A stretch of DNA of 64,000 bases from Rickettsiales bacterium (GTDB lineage: Bacteria; Pseudomonadota; Alphaproteobacteria; Rickettsiales; UBA998). The stretch spans positions 33,907 to 97,906 of the forward strand of contig JBGTBD010000027.1 in the NCBI GenBank assembly GCA_041749475.1, read 5' to 3'. Positions 1 through 8,383 of the stretch are shown piece by piece. Each line of letters starts with the position of its first letter. Position 1 is the first letter of the stretch. Made by a program: the position numbers and the translations under genes. The notes below the pieces were generated by a model. It was not told the DNA's origin. It was given only the letters and a program-made list of their open reading frames with translations, and made no database searches.

Positions 1-594
1 CTTTCTTCCGGCGCGTATGACGCGATCTGGGCACAACATCTTCTCCAGCAATTCTACATGCACCAGATCGGCAACGGCCTGCGCGAAATGTTCCGCATCA
101 TCAAGGACGGCGGGTTCGTGTTTTTAAGCATCCCCGACGCGCAGCTGGCCGCCTCGTTCCTCGCCAACAATAAATACGACACCGCCATCTACACCTCCCC
201 CGCCGGCCCGATCAATGCGATGGACATCCTCTTCGGGTATCATAAGTTCCTTACCTCCGGCGCGACCCATCAAGGCCACAAATTTGCCTTCACGGCAGAA
301 TCCATCGGCCTCGCCATGCGCGCCTGCGGCTTTACCAACGTGCAGGTTCAGTCACAATATGCAGAGATCATCGTCGTCGGCTACAAATACCCCTATGACC
401 ACCCGGAGCGCGCTGAACGCGTTTCCATCACCCGCGGCGCGCAGTACGGCGACATCCCCACTGTGACGGACGCCACCGCCGCGCAGCCGAAGGAAGGCAG
501 CCCGACAGCCCCGCAACCCCTCCGCCCGGGGATGCTGGTGGACGAGCTGGACACCCCTCCGCGCATGTGGAAACCCCTGAATTTAAGAAAATAG
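1..594 (+). CDS. class I SAM-dependent methyltransferase, C-terminal part (5' end outside window)
   Basis: Frame 1 is open from nt 1 (LSSGAYDAIWAQHLLQQFYMHQIGNGLREMFRIIKDGGFVFLSIPD...). This matches the xDxVxxxxxLxHxxxxxxxLxExxRvLKpGGxxxxxxP region of Rossmann-fold methyltransferases. The stop is at 592-594. The track start at 58 is an internal Met. Confidence 0.6.
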   Translation, partial: LSSGAYDAIWAQHLLQQFYMHQIGNGLREMFRIIKDGGFVFLSIPDAQLAASFLANNKYDTAIYTSPAGPINAMDILFGYHKFLTSGATHQGHKFAFTAESIGLAMRACGFTNVQVQSQYAEIIVVGYKYPYDHPERAERVSITRGAQYGDIPTVTDATAAQPKEGSPTAPQPLRPGMLVDELDTPPRMWKPLNLRK

Positions 595-605
595 AAACCT
601 CGCGC

Positions 606-690
606 CTGTCATTCTGAAGGGCGAAGCGACGGAAGAACCCGCCTGAGGACTATATAGGGGGAGACTCTTCGCATACGCTCAGAATGACGG
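606..690. repeat. imperfect palindromic intergenic element, copy A (GTCATTC ... TATAGGGG ... GAATGAC)
   Basis: There is a perfect 10-bp inverted repeat: gtcattctga (608-617) and tcagaatgac (679-688). An inner gcgaag/cttcgc pairing and a central tatagggg are also present. It shares termini and the central motif with the element at 63760-63866. Confidence 0.5.
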
Positions 691-733
691 TGAATATACT
701 ACCAGAGACCTTACATCCTTTTGGGTGGGCAGC

Positions 734-2179
734 CTATTGCTCGCGTAACGCGTTATTGACCGAGTCCGTAATCGGCGTCAGCAGATAGGAAAGAAACGTC
801 CGGCGGCCTGTGATGATCTGCACTTCCGCTGGCATCCCCGGATAGAGCTTCACGTTATCCAGCTCATCCAGCTTATCCAGCTCATCACTATCGATCTCGA
901 CCCGGGCGATGTAATATTGCTCGCCCGTATGCTCATTAGTAAAGCTATCTGCGGAGACGTTCACCACCGACCCGTCGATGGTCGGTACTTTCCGCGTCTT
1001 ATACGCCGTCAACCGCACTCGCGCCAGAAGCCCGGTATGCACCACGTCGATATCCTGAAGCTGTACTTTGGTTTCGATGATGAGCTTATCATTCTGCGGC
1101 ACGATATCCATGATCGCCGCGCCCGGAGCGATGACACCGCCGATCGTATGCACCTTAAGTCCGGTGACCACGCCCGAAATTGGAGAATGGATGGTGATAC
1201 GCATCACCGCGTCCGCACTCGCGCGGATCTTCTCATCGAGATCGGCGTTCTGCGTCTGCATCTCTTTCAGTTCCTTGAGCACCTCGTTCTGGAAATCACT
1301 CTGCAGGTTGATGATCTGGATTTCCGCTTCCGAAATCTGCTGCTGCGCCCGTGCCATATTGGCAAGATACTCACCGCGACGGCCTTGGATATTGGCGTAT
1401 TCACGTTCCAGCGCAAGCAGACGCGGCTTGCTGGCGTTACCCTGCGCGAGCAGTTTCTTCACCGCCCCGATTTCTTCCTGCAACAAATCGAGCTGGTTCT
1501 TCGCCGATTTCTCCTGCGAGGTCATCCCGTCGATCTCTTTCTTCATCTGCTCAATCTTCTGTTTCAGCACCGCCGTACGCCCGTCCAGGCTTTCGCGGCG
1601 GGACTTGAAGAGGCGCGTCTGCGCGTCGATATTCTCGTCGATCAGCTTATCCGTATCCTGCTTCTCCAGCATATCCTTAGGGAAGGTAATGGTCTCATCC
1701 CCGTCCCGTTCGGCCTTCAGCCGTGCTTCCGCCGCGCGGGAGTTGATGCTCTGGGCCACGAAGATGTCCAGCCGTGCCTTGGTCGTCGTCGCGTCCAGCG
1801 CGACGAGCGGCTGATCCTTCTTCACCTTGTCGCCTTCTTTGACGTAGATTTTCTTAACGATACCGCCCTCCAGATGCTGGATGGTCTTGCGGTTGGAATC
1901 GAGCACCACATGCCCGGAGGAGACCGCCGCACTATAAAGCGGCGCGAATGCCGCCCAAGCGCCGAAGATGCCGAAGATCAATATGACAGACCACATGCCG
2001 GTGATGATCGCGCCGCGCGCGAAATGCTCGGGCAGCTTCTCTTTAGCATCCTGCGGCTGTGGCGTGGGAAAAAGCCGCGCATTCCACGCATCCAGCTTGA
2101 GCGTGGTACGCTCCAGAATCGCCTGAACCCGCTTCTTGAACGGGGATTGCTGCTTCAGCGGTGCGACGGGCTCCTGCAT
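734..2179 (-). CDS. type I secretion membrane-fusion protein (HlyD/PrtE family)
   Basis: The 481-aa protein has one N-terminal TM helix (IITGMWSVILIFGIFGAWAAF), a long coiled-coil middle and a C-terminal beta domain, matching the HlyD-family layout. It starts 3 nt after the ABC gene. Confidence 0.9.
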   Translation of the reverse strand: MQEPVAPLKQQSPFKKRVQAILERTTLKLDAWNARLFPTPQPQDAKEKLPEHFARGAIITGMWSVILIFGIFGAWAAFAPLYSAAVSSGHVVLDSNRKTIQHLEGGIVKKIYVKEGDKVKKDQPLVALDATTTKARLDIFVAQSINSRAAEARLKAERDGDETITFPKDMLEKQDTDKLIDENIDAQTRLFKSRRESLDGRTAVLKQKIEQMKKEIDGMTSQEKSAKNQLDLLQEEIGAVKKLLAQGNASKPRLLALEREYANIQGRRGEYLANMARAQQQISEAEIQIINLQSDFQNEVLKELKEMQTQNADLDEKIRASADAVMRITIHSPISGVVTGLKVHTIGGVIAPGAAIMDIVPQNDKLIIETKVQLQDIDVVHTGLLARVRLTAYKTRKVPTIDGSVVNVSADSFTNEHTGEQYYIARVEIDSDELDKLDELDNVKLYPGMPAEVQIITGRRTFLSYLLTPITDSVNNALREQ

Positions 2180-2182
2180 GGC

Positions 2183-3901
2183 TTATGCTACCTTTTCGTT
2201 CGGGTTGGCGGACACATAGTATTTGAGGACTTCTTCACGGTTGCCGAAACGCTCGATCGTTCCCGATTTCAGGACGAGCAGCTTATCGACCGTAGAGACG
2301 ATGCTCGGACGGTGCGCGACGAGGATCGCCGTCGTCCCCTCAGACTTCATGACCTTGAGCGCCGCGATGAGCGCACGCTCGCCTTCGCCGTCCAGATTGG
2401 AGTTCGGCTCATCGAGCAGGATGAATTTCGGGCGGCCATACATCGCCCGCGCCAGACCGATACGCTGGCGCTGGCCGGGGGAAAGGCTGGCATTTCCGAT
2501 ACCGCATTCGGTCTCGTACCCGTTAGGCAGGCGCAGGATCAGTTCATGCGCATAGGAACGCTGCGCCGCGTCGATGACACTTTCCATCGTGGCATTGGTG
2601 TCCATCCGCGCGATGTTGTCCTTGATCGTCCCGTCGAACAGATCGACATGCTGCGGCAGGTAGCCGACATACGTCCCGAAATTCTCGCGCTTCCATTTGA
2701 AGGTTTCCGCCCCGTCCAGACGCACCGCGCCATGGGTGGGGATGAGGAGGCCGATGATGAGTTTGGAGAGGGTGGATTTCCCCGCGCCGCTGGGTCCGAT
2801 GATGCCGAGCGATTCCCCCGGCGGGACGACGAAATTGAGACCCTTGATGATAGGCGCGCCGTTCGGTGGGGTGTAGATGAGGTTCTCCACGGTGACTTGA
2901 CCGTAGGGCATCGGCAAGTCGAGCGTGCCGCGGTTAATTTTCTCGATCGTACCCAGCGTCTTGTTCAGACGGCGATACGCGTCACGCGAATTGATCAGCG
3001 ATTTCCAGATACTGATGGCCCCTTCGAATGGCTGCAGCGCGCGCCCGACGATCATCGACGCCGCGATCATGCCCCCGATGGTCATCTCCGCACGCAATAC
3101 AAGATAGGCGCCAACGCCCGTCACCGCGATCTGCACGAAATACCGCAGGATGCGTGAGAAGGTCTGGATGGCAGTCGCGCGCTTGCCGCCGATCTGCTGC
3201 TGCTCCATCGACTGGTAATGATAATGCTCCCAGCTTGCCAGCACGTTCTTCATCATCCCCATCGCTTCCACGGCTTCCGCGTTGCGGCTGGCGATGTCGG
3301 CCTGCTGTTGACTTTTCACCGAGAGTTCGCCCGCAGCAGTATAAGGCTTTTTGGTGACGAATTCGTTGAGGATGCCGAACCCGACCAGCGTCACGAGACC
3401 GAGGATGCAGATGACGCCCATGACGGGGTTGATGAGATAGACGACGAGGATGAAGATCAGCGACCATGGCACGTCCATCAGCGTGGAAAGCGGCGGGCCG
3501 GCGATAAAGGATTTGATGGTCATCAGGTCGCGCTGGTTCTGTCCGGCGGCGGTCTGTACGCCGAGGGAGGAGCGCGTGATGGATTCAGAAAGCAGTAACG
3601 GCGCGAGTTCTACGTCCAGCCATTCGGCCACGCCGGAGAGCACGTGGGTGCGCACGGCGGTGAACATCCCGTAGAAACATATCCCCACCACCACGATGAA
3701 GGTCAGCATCATCAGCGTTTCCATGCTGTGGCTGGCCATGACGCGGTCAAGCACCTGTAGGGAATAAATAGGGATGACGAGCGAGATGATATTGAGCGCG
3801 AAGCTGAACACCAGCGCATAGGCGGCGCTGCGCTTGACCTTCTTTAAAATGGGACGGAACATGTCCTCAGCGGAATGCGCAGGGGGCTTGGGGGAGGCCA
3901 T
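2183..3901 (-). CDS. type I secretion ABC permease/ATPase (PrtD/RsaD-like, no C39 peptidase domain)
   Basis: The 572-aa protein has an N-terminal multi-TM domain. It carries Walker A GPSGAGKST, signature LSPGQRQR and Walker B ILLDEPNSNLD. Confidence 0.9.
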   Translation of the reverse strand: MASPKPPAHSAEDMFRPILKKVKRSAAYALVFSFALNIISLVIPIYSLQVLDRVMASHSMETLMMLTFIVVVGICFYGMFTAVRTHVLSGVAEWLDVELAPLLLSESITRSSLGVQTAAGQNQRDLMTIKSFIAGPPLSTLMDVPWSLIFILVVYLINPVMGVICILGLVTLVGFGILNEFVTKKPYTAAGELSVKSQQQADIASRNAEAVEAMGMMKNVLASWEHYHYQSMEQQQIGGKRATAIQTFSRILRYFVQIAVTGVGAYLVLRAEMTIGGMIAASMIVGRALQPFEGAISIWKSLINSRDAYRRLNKTLGTIEKINRGTLDLPMPYGQVTVENLIYTPPNGAPIIKGLNFVVPPGESLGIIGPSGAGKSTLSKLIIGLLIPTHGAVRLDGAETFKWKRENFGTYVGYLPQHVDLFDGTIKDNIARMDTNATMESVIDAAQRSYAHELILRLPNGYETECGIGNASLSPGQRQRIGLARAMYGRPKFILLDEPNSNLDGEGERALIAALKVMKSEGTTAILVAHRPSIVSTVDKLLVLKSGTIERFGNREEVLKYYVSANPNEKVA

Positions 3902-4041
3902 AAGGATTACAATCTACATGTTAGTATGCTGCATTGGTAGCAGGCGTCGCACCCTGCCGCAACAGCATCTAGGTGTCAATCCAAAACAATGCAAGGGCTG
4001 AGCGGAGTATTTAGAGAAAGAGCTTGGTGCAATGAGTTACC

Positions 4042-4078
4042 CACAAAAGAAAAGGGCCGGAGATTTCTCTCCGGCCCC
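4042..4078 (-). terminator. rho-independent terminator after the RTX gene
   Basis: The stem is gggccggaga (4054-4063) / tctccggccc (4068-4077) with loop tttc. On the minus strand it is followed by a T-rich run (plus-strand caaaagaaaa, 4044-4053). It lies 24 nt past the RTX stop. Confidence 0.6.
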
Positions 4079-4101
4079 GTTTCTTTTCGTATTGTCGCAG
4101 A

Positions 4102-6258
4102 CTATGCGAAGTCAACGAAGTTCGCAACGCTGAGAGTAGCGAGCGTGGTTGCGTTGACGTTGGACATCGTAGCGACGAACTCGAACGTGTCCACTGCATC
4201 AATGTCCGTATCACCATCGTTGGTAATGCGAACGATTGCGCTATCCGTACCGTTGCTGAATGCAAGGTACAGGATATCCGCAGCGACGATGGCATCGGTA
4301 GCGATACCAGCAACACCTGCAACGATGTCAGCAGCAAGGAAGCCAGTGAACGTGTTCGTTGCGAGGAAGAAGCCGGTGTTCGTGCCGAGGACGGTCGCGC
4401 CGACGCTTGCATCCGCTTCCTGATAGGAAGCACCGGTCCCACGGAGGGAGGTGTTTACCAGGTCGGTGAAGTCGAAGGTGTCAGACGTGGAGAAGTCCGT
4501 GATCGTCGCAACAGCGGCTTTCGCACCTACGGTTGCCGTAGCAGCGCGGAACTGATCGGCATCAGCGCCACCGGTGAGGCTATCAACGCCGCCACCGAGG
4601 AGGAGAACGTCCGTACCAGCACCAGCATCCACAGTATCGTTACCGGTACCGGAGGTGATGTTGTCGTTACCGTCGCCGCCCGTGATGCTATCATTGCCGT
4701 TACCGGTCGTGATGGTATCATTACCAGCGCCAGCGGAGATGGTTTTCGCACCGTTACCAGCTACGATGGTGTCGTTACCGTCACCACCGCTTACGGAAGC
4801 GGACGTACCGGTTCCGATGGTCAGGTTGTCGTCGCCCGCGCCACCGTCAACGGAAGCAGTCGTACCGTTACCAGCTACGATGGTGTCGTTATCGTCACCA
4901 CCAAGAAGGGTTACGTTGCCGTCGCCACCCGTGATGCTGTCAGCGCCAGCGTCACCGGAAATACGGTCGTCGCCGGAAGCACCTGCGCCACCCGTGATGG
5001 TATCAGCACCAGCGCCGCCGGTGATGACATCCACGCCGGAACCGCCCGTGATGCTGTCCGTGCCGTCGCCACCATCAACCGTGTTGTCACCGTTGCCCGT
5101 TGCGATCGTGTCGTTGCCTTCGTTACCGAAGAGATTGTCGTTGCTGTTACCAGCGGTGATGGCATCATCGCCCAGACCACCGTAGATCGTAGCAACAACA
5201 GCACCACCGGAGGTGTTGATCGTGTCGTTACCAGCGTTCCCGAGGACGTAAGCGGAAACCGTACCAGCGGCAGCGGAAACCGTCAGGTTATCAGCGCTAT
5301 CAGCGGTATCAGCCGTCGCACTGCCACCGAAGATGGAGATCGCAGCGTTGGTCGCTACGGCATCCAGCGTCACAACGTCACTACCGGAGTTACCGTATAC
5401 AACGGTGGTCCCAGTCAGCGAAGCAGCAGGGCTGTCGGTGATTTGATCATTACCCAGACCACCATAGATGGTTTGGCTGGTGATGGAGTTGGTATCGATC
5501 GTGTCGTTACCAGCGTTACCGATGATCACTTGGTTGGAACCCGTACCGCCGACGATGTTGTCAGCGCCATCGGTCGTATCGGACGCGGAGTTACCACCAA
5601 AGATGGTCACAGCGCCAGCGAAGTTGGACAGATCGAGATCGTCGTTACCGTCGTTACCGTAAACGGTAGCCGTACCGCTCGTAGCAGCGTCAGCGTCAAC
5701 GCTGTCGTTACCGAGACCACCGAAGATGGTCACGATACCGCCAACGGAACCGAAGGTCATTTGGTCAGCGCCTGCGTTACCGACGATGAGACCGGAACCG
5801 GTACCCGTCGTGATGGTGTCGCCACCGTCCGTCGTGTCAACAGCACCCGTGCCGCCGTATACAACGTAGTCTTTGGTGGAGGTCGAGATGTTGATGACAT
5901 CACCACCGCCGAGACCCATCGCGAAGTAGGACGTGCCTGCTACGATAGCAGCAGCAGTGTTAGCGGAGCTATCGGAAACCGTGGTGGATTGGTCATCCCC
6001 GGCGAAGAATTCAGTGCCACCGGAAATGAGAATGTTTGCGGAATCAGCCGTGCCCGCATGTGCGGAACCGGAAGCGAGTTGGGACAGGGTCACGCCAGTC
6101 AGCGTCACCGTTTTGCCACCGAACGTGAAGGCAACGCCACCCGCAGCTTCAGCCACGGAAAGGTCGGTCGCTTTGGTCACGCCGGAGATTACGAGTACGT
6201 CAGCATCCACGTTGAACGTGATGCTTCCGGACACTGTACTAAAATCAAAAACAGCCAT
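4102..6258 (-). CDS. RTX / beta-roll calcium-binding repeat protein, presumed T1SS substrate
   Basis: It carries dozens of GGxGxDxUx-type nonapeptides (GGAGADTITGGAGASGDD, GGDGNDTIVAGNG...). I see no Cys and very few basic residues. The non-repeat acidic C-terminus ends ...NFVDFA. I chose the ATG at 6258 (MAVFDF), which has AAGGA 8 nt upstream. The track start at 6273 is a TTG. Confidence 0.85.
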   Translation of the reverse strand: MAVFDFSTVSGSITFNVDADVLVISGVTKATDLSVAEAAGGVAFTFGGKTVTLTGVTLSQLASGSAHAGTADSANILISGGTEFFAGDDQSTTVSDSSANTAAAIVAGTSYFAMGLGGGDVINISTSTKDYVVYGGTGAVDTTDGGDTITTGTGSGLIVGNAGADQMTFGSVGGIVTIFGGLGNDSVDADAATSGTATVYGNDGNDDLDLSNFAGAVTIFGGNSASDTTDGADNIVGGTGSNQVIIGNAGNDTIDTNSITSQTIYGGLGNDQITDSPAASLTGTTVVYGNSGSDVVTLDAVATNAAISIFGGSATADTADSADNLTVSAAAGTVSAYVLGNAGNDTINTSGGAVVATIYGGLGDDAITAGNSNDNLFGNEGNDTIATGNGDNTVDGGDGTDSITGGSGVDVITGGAGADTITGGAGASGDDRISGDAGADSITGGDGNVTLLGGDDNDTIVAGNGTTASVDGGAGDDNLTIGTGTSASVSGGDGNDTIVAGNGAKTISAGAGNDTITTGNGNDSITGGDGNDNITSGTGNDTVDAGAGTDVLLLGGGVDSLTGGADADQFRAATATVGAKAAVATITDFSTSDTFDFTDLVNTSLRGTGASYQEADASVGATVLGTNTGFFLATNTFTGFLAADIVAGVAGIATDAIVAADILYLAFSNGTDSAIVRITNDGDTDIDAVDTFEFVATMSNVNATTLATLSVANFVDFA

Positions 6259-6559
6259 TGTAATTCCTTTCAAGAATTAAGTTACGAATCCAGGTTGCTC
6301 CATCTGGGCTGACGGTAATTTACCCATCGCGCCACAAATTGCAATCAAAAACTAACTGTGAGCGGACGGGTATCAATCTCTGGCCATCAGGCATTGATGG
6401 TGATTATGACCAGCCCGGATTCACTGTGGCACAGGTGTAAGAATATTGTGCCTCGCTGTCAACTTATGCCGGGATGTCAAATTAGAGTCTTTACTATTCG
6501 CACAACCGCTGTTGTAATCTAGTTACAGTCATCGCATCAAAGAATGCAACCGGCTGTTG

Positions 6560-7381
6560 TTACAGCACATCCGCGAAGGCACGGCGCGTACGCTGGAACC
6601 ACCAGTAGCCGCCCCCCATCGCCATCAAACCCAGCGATGCGTAAAGCGCGAGTGGCAGGAATGCGGGGAGATGGCCGAAGATAAGCACCGCACGCGTATT
6701 TTCCACAATCACAGTGAGTGGATTAAGTTGCAGATAGGGGCGAAATGCTTCCGGTAATGCCTCGGCCGGGTAGAAGACGGGGCTGAGGAACAGCAGGACC
6801 GTGGGAATCAGCTGCATCAGATGGCCCAGATCCCTCAGAAAAACACCTAAGGATGCCAATATCCAGCTCAGGCCCAGCAACAGCAGCACCATCGGCAGTA
6901 AGACGATCGGCAGCCACAGGGCCGTAAGCGGCAGCGAGCCTTTCAGTATCAGAATGAACCCCAATAAGACGCTGGTCGTGGTGAGATAATGAAATCCGGC
7001 AGAGGCCACCATCATAATCGGCAATATCTCCAAGGGAAAGACGACACGGGTGACGTAACTCGCATGGTTAAGGATAAGCTGCGGGGCACGGACGATACAT
7101 TCGGAGAAATAGAGATGGATACTCAGTCCGGTGAAAAGGATAAGCGCGAATTCGCTTGTGTTGACCGGAGCAACTGCCTCCCCCGTCTGCCAACGCGCCT
7201 CGAACACCACGGAGAAGACGAAGGTATAAATCCCGAGCATTAATAGCGGCATCACGAACGACCATATTACGCCCAGCATCGACCCCTGATAGCGCTGGCG
7301 TACATCCCGCCGCACCAACTGCCCCAGCAGCGGCAGGTGAGAGTGAGGGGTGACGGTGCGGGACTGGGTATCAGATGACAT
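6560..7381 (-). CDS. ABC-2 type transporter permease (Wzm/KpsM/TagG-like polysaccharide exporter)
   Basis: The 273-aa, 6-TM protein has the family N-terminal pattern LVRRDVRQRYQGSMLGVIWSFVMPLLML. No cognate ATPase gene is adjacent. Confidence 0.8.
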   Translation of the reverse strand: MSSDTQSRTVTPHSHLPLLGQLVRRDVRQRYQGSMLGVIWSFVMPLLMLGIYTFVFSVVFEARWQTGEAVAPVNTSEFALILFTGLSIHLYFSECIVRAPQLILNHASYVTRVVFPLEILPIMMVASAGFHYLTTTSVLLGFILILKGSLPLTALWLPIVLLPMVLLLLGLSWILASLGVFLRDLGHLMQLIPTVLLFLSPVFYPAEALPEAFRPYLQLNPLTVIVENTRAVLIFGHLPAFLPLALYASLGLMAMGGGYWWFQRTRRAFADVL

Positions 7382-8261
7382 TGCGGTTCCTACCTTTCTG
7401 GGCCTCTCTCCAGGCGATGAAAACCGCGCTCGTAAAAATCACCAGCGCGCCGAGCAGGGTGGTATCGTCTATCATCTGCCCAAAGAAGATATACGCAAAG
7501 ATAGCCGTAAACACCAGCCGCATGAAATCGAACGGCATGAGCAGGACGACGGGGGCATGTCGGAAGGCGCTGGCCATCGCCAGCTGCGCAAGGGTAGAGG
7601 TAAGGGCGATGAAAAACAGCGTCACCACATCCGGCAGGCTCATCGGCTGCCAGTGCCACAGGCCGAGCGGCGCAGAGAGGAGCGACATGAAACAGGCCAT
7701 GATGGTGACGATACGCCATGGCGGGTCCGTTGCGGAGAGGCTTTTTACCACCACCCCCGCCAGTGCCATCGCCGCCGAGGAGAACAGCACCAGAACCGCA
7801 TGATAGTCAAAGGACTCCGTATCCGGTCTGAGGATAATGATGACGCCTGCGAACCCGATAGCAAGCGCCAAGATACGCCGCACGCCGATGGATTCATTCA
7901 GCAGCAGTACGGCGAACAGGGTGGCGAAGAGCGGCGAGGTGAAGCTGAGCGCCGTCGCCTCGTTCACCGGTACTTCCGTGAGGGAGACGAACCATGTCTC
8001 CATCGCCAGTATCCCGATGAAGGCCCGCCAGAAATGTCGGCTGATACGCTGCGTCCGCACATTGCGCCAGCCATGCGCCAGCACGATAGGAAACATAATG
8101 AGCACCCCGAACAGATTCCGCAGAAACACCATCTGTGACGGCGGGAGATGCCCGCTCATGCTACTGATAAGCACGTTCATCACCGCGAAGGACAGGCCGA
8201 CGCATAGCATCAGGGAAATCCCCTTGAGCGGGGCGGGTTCGGGAGCGGGGGACACGGACAT
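7371..8261 (-). CDS. EamA/DMT-family transporter
   Basis: It has about 10 TM helices in two EamA-like halves. I set the start at the internal Met (MSVSPAPE...), and the upstream extension to 8315 is uncertain. It overlaps the ABC-2 permease start by 11 nt. Confidence 0.7.
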   Translation of the reverse strand: MSVSPAPEPAPLKGISLMLCVGLSFAVMNVLISSMSGHLPPSQMVFLRNLFGVLIMFPIVLAHGWRNVRTQRISRHFWRAFIGILAMETWFVSLTEVPVNEATALSFTSPLFATLFAVLLLNESIGVRRILALAIGFAGVIIILRPDTESFDYHAVLVLFSSAAMALAGVVVKSLSATDPPWRIVTIMACFMSLLSAPLGLWHWQPMSLPDVVTLFFIALTSTLAQLAMASAFRHAPVVLLMPFDFMRLVFTAIFAYIFFGQMIDDTTLLGALVIFTSAVFIAWREAQKGRNRNVI

Positions 8262-8383
8262 GCAAAAAGGGAATCTATGGCCAATCCATCTGAAAACCAA
8301 GCAAATTACAGTCATTCACCAAGGTATTGAACGCTTCGCAGAATCATTGTGATTTTTCTATCCATCTTGACTATAATGGCGCT

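Noticed and set aside
858-884. A tandem 9-bp repeat (atccagctc/atccagctt/atccagctc) inside the HlyD gene.
   Set aside because: It is in-frame and encodes the short DELDKLDELD repeat in the C-terminal region of the protein. With only three units, it is not a phase-variation-type tract.
917-3157. A 746-aa ORF on the plus strand spans the HlyD and ABC genes. There are similar long antisense ORFs at 12494-14344, 32988-33947, 36540-37712, 40771-41607, 45378-46415, 47020-48039, 51129-52139, 57441-58427 and 60789-61556.
   Set aside because: Each lies antisense to a gene with unmistakable family motifs. Their translations are low-complexity and Arg/His/Asp-rich with no recognisable domains. This is the usual stop-codon-poor antisense frame of GC-rich coding DNA.
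6503-6565. A direct repeat, aaccgctgttgtaa / aaccggctgttgtta, each with a small caac...gttg hairpin, near the 3' end of the ABC-2 permease gene.
   Set aside because: The stems are only 4-5 bp, there is no U-tract, and there are only two copies. It could be chance or a weak terminator, and the evidence is not enough for a feature call.
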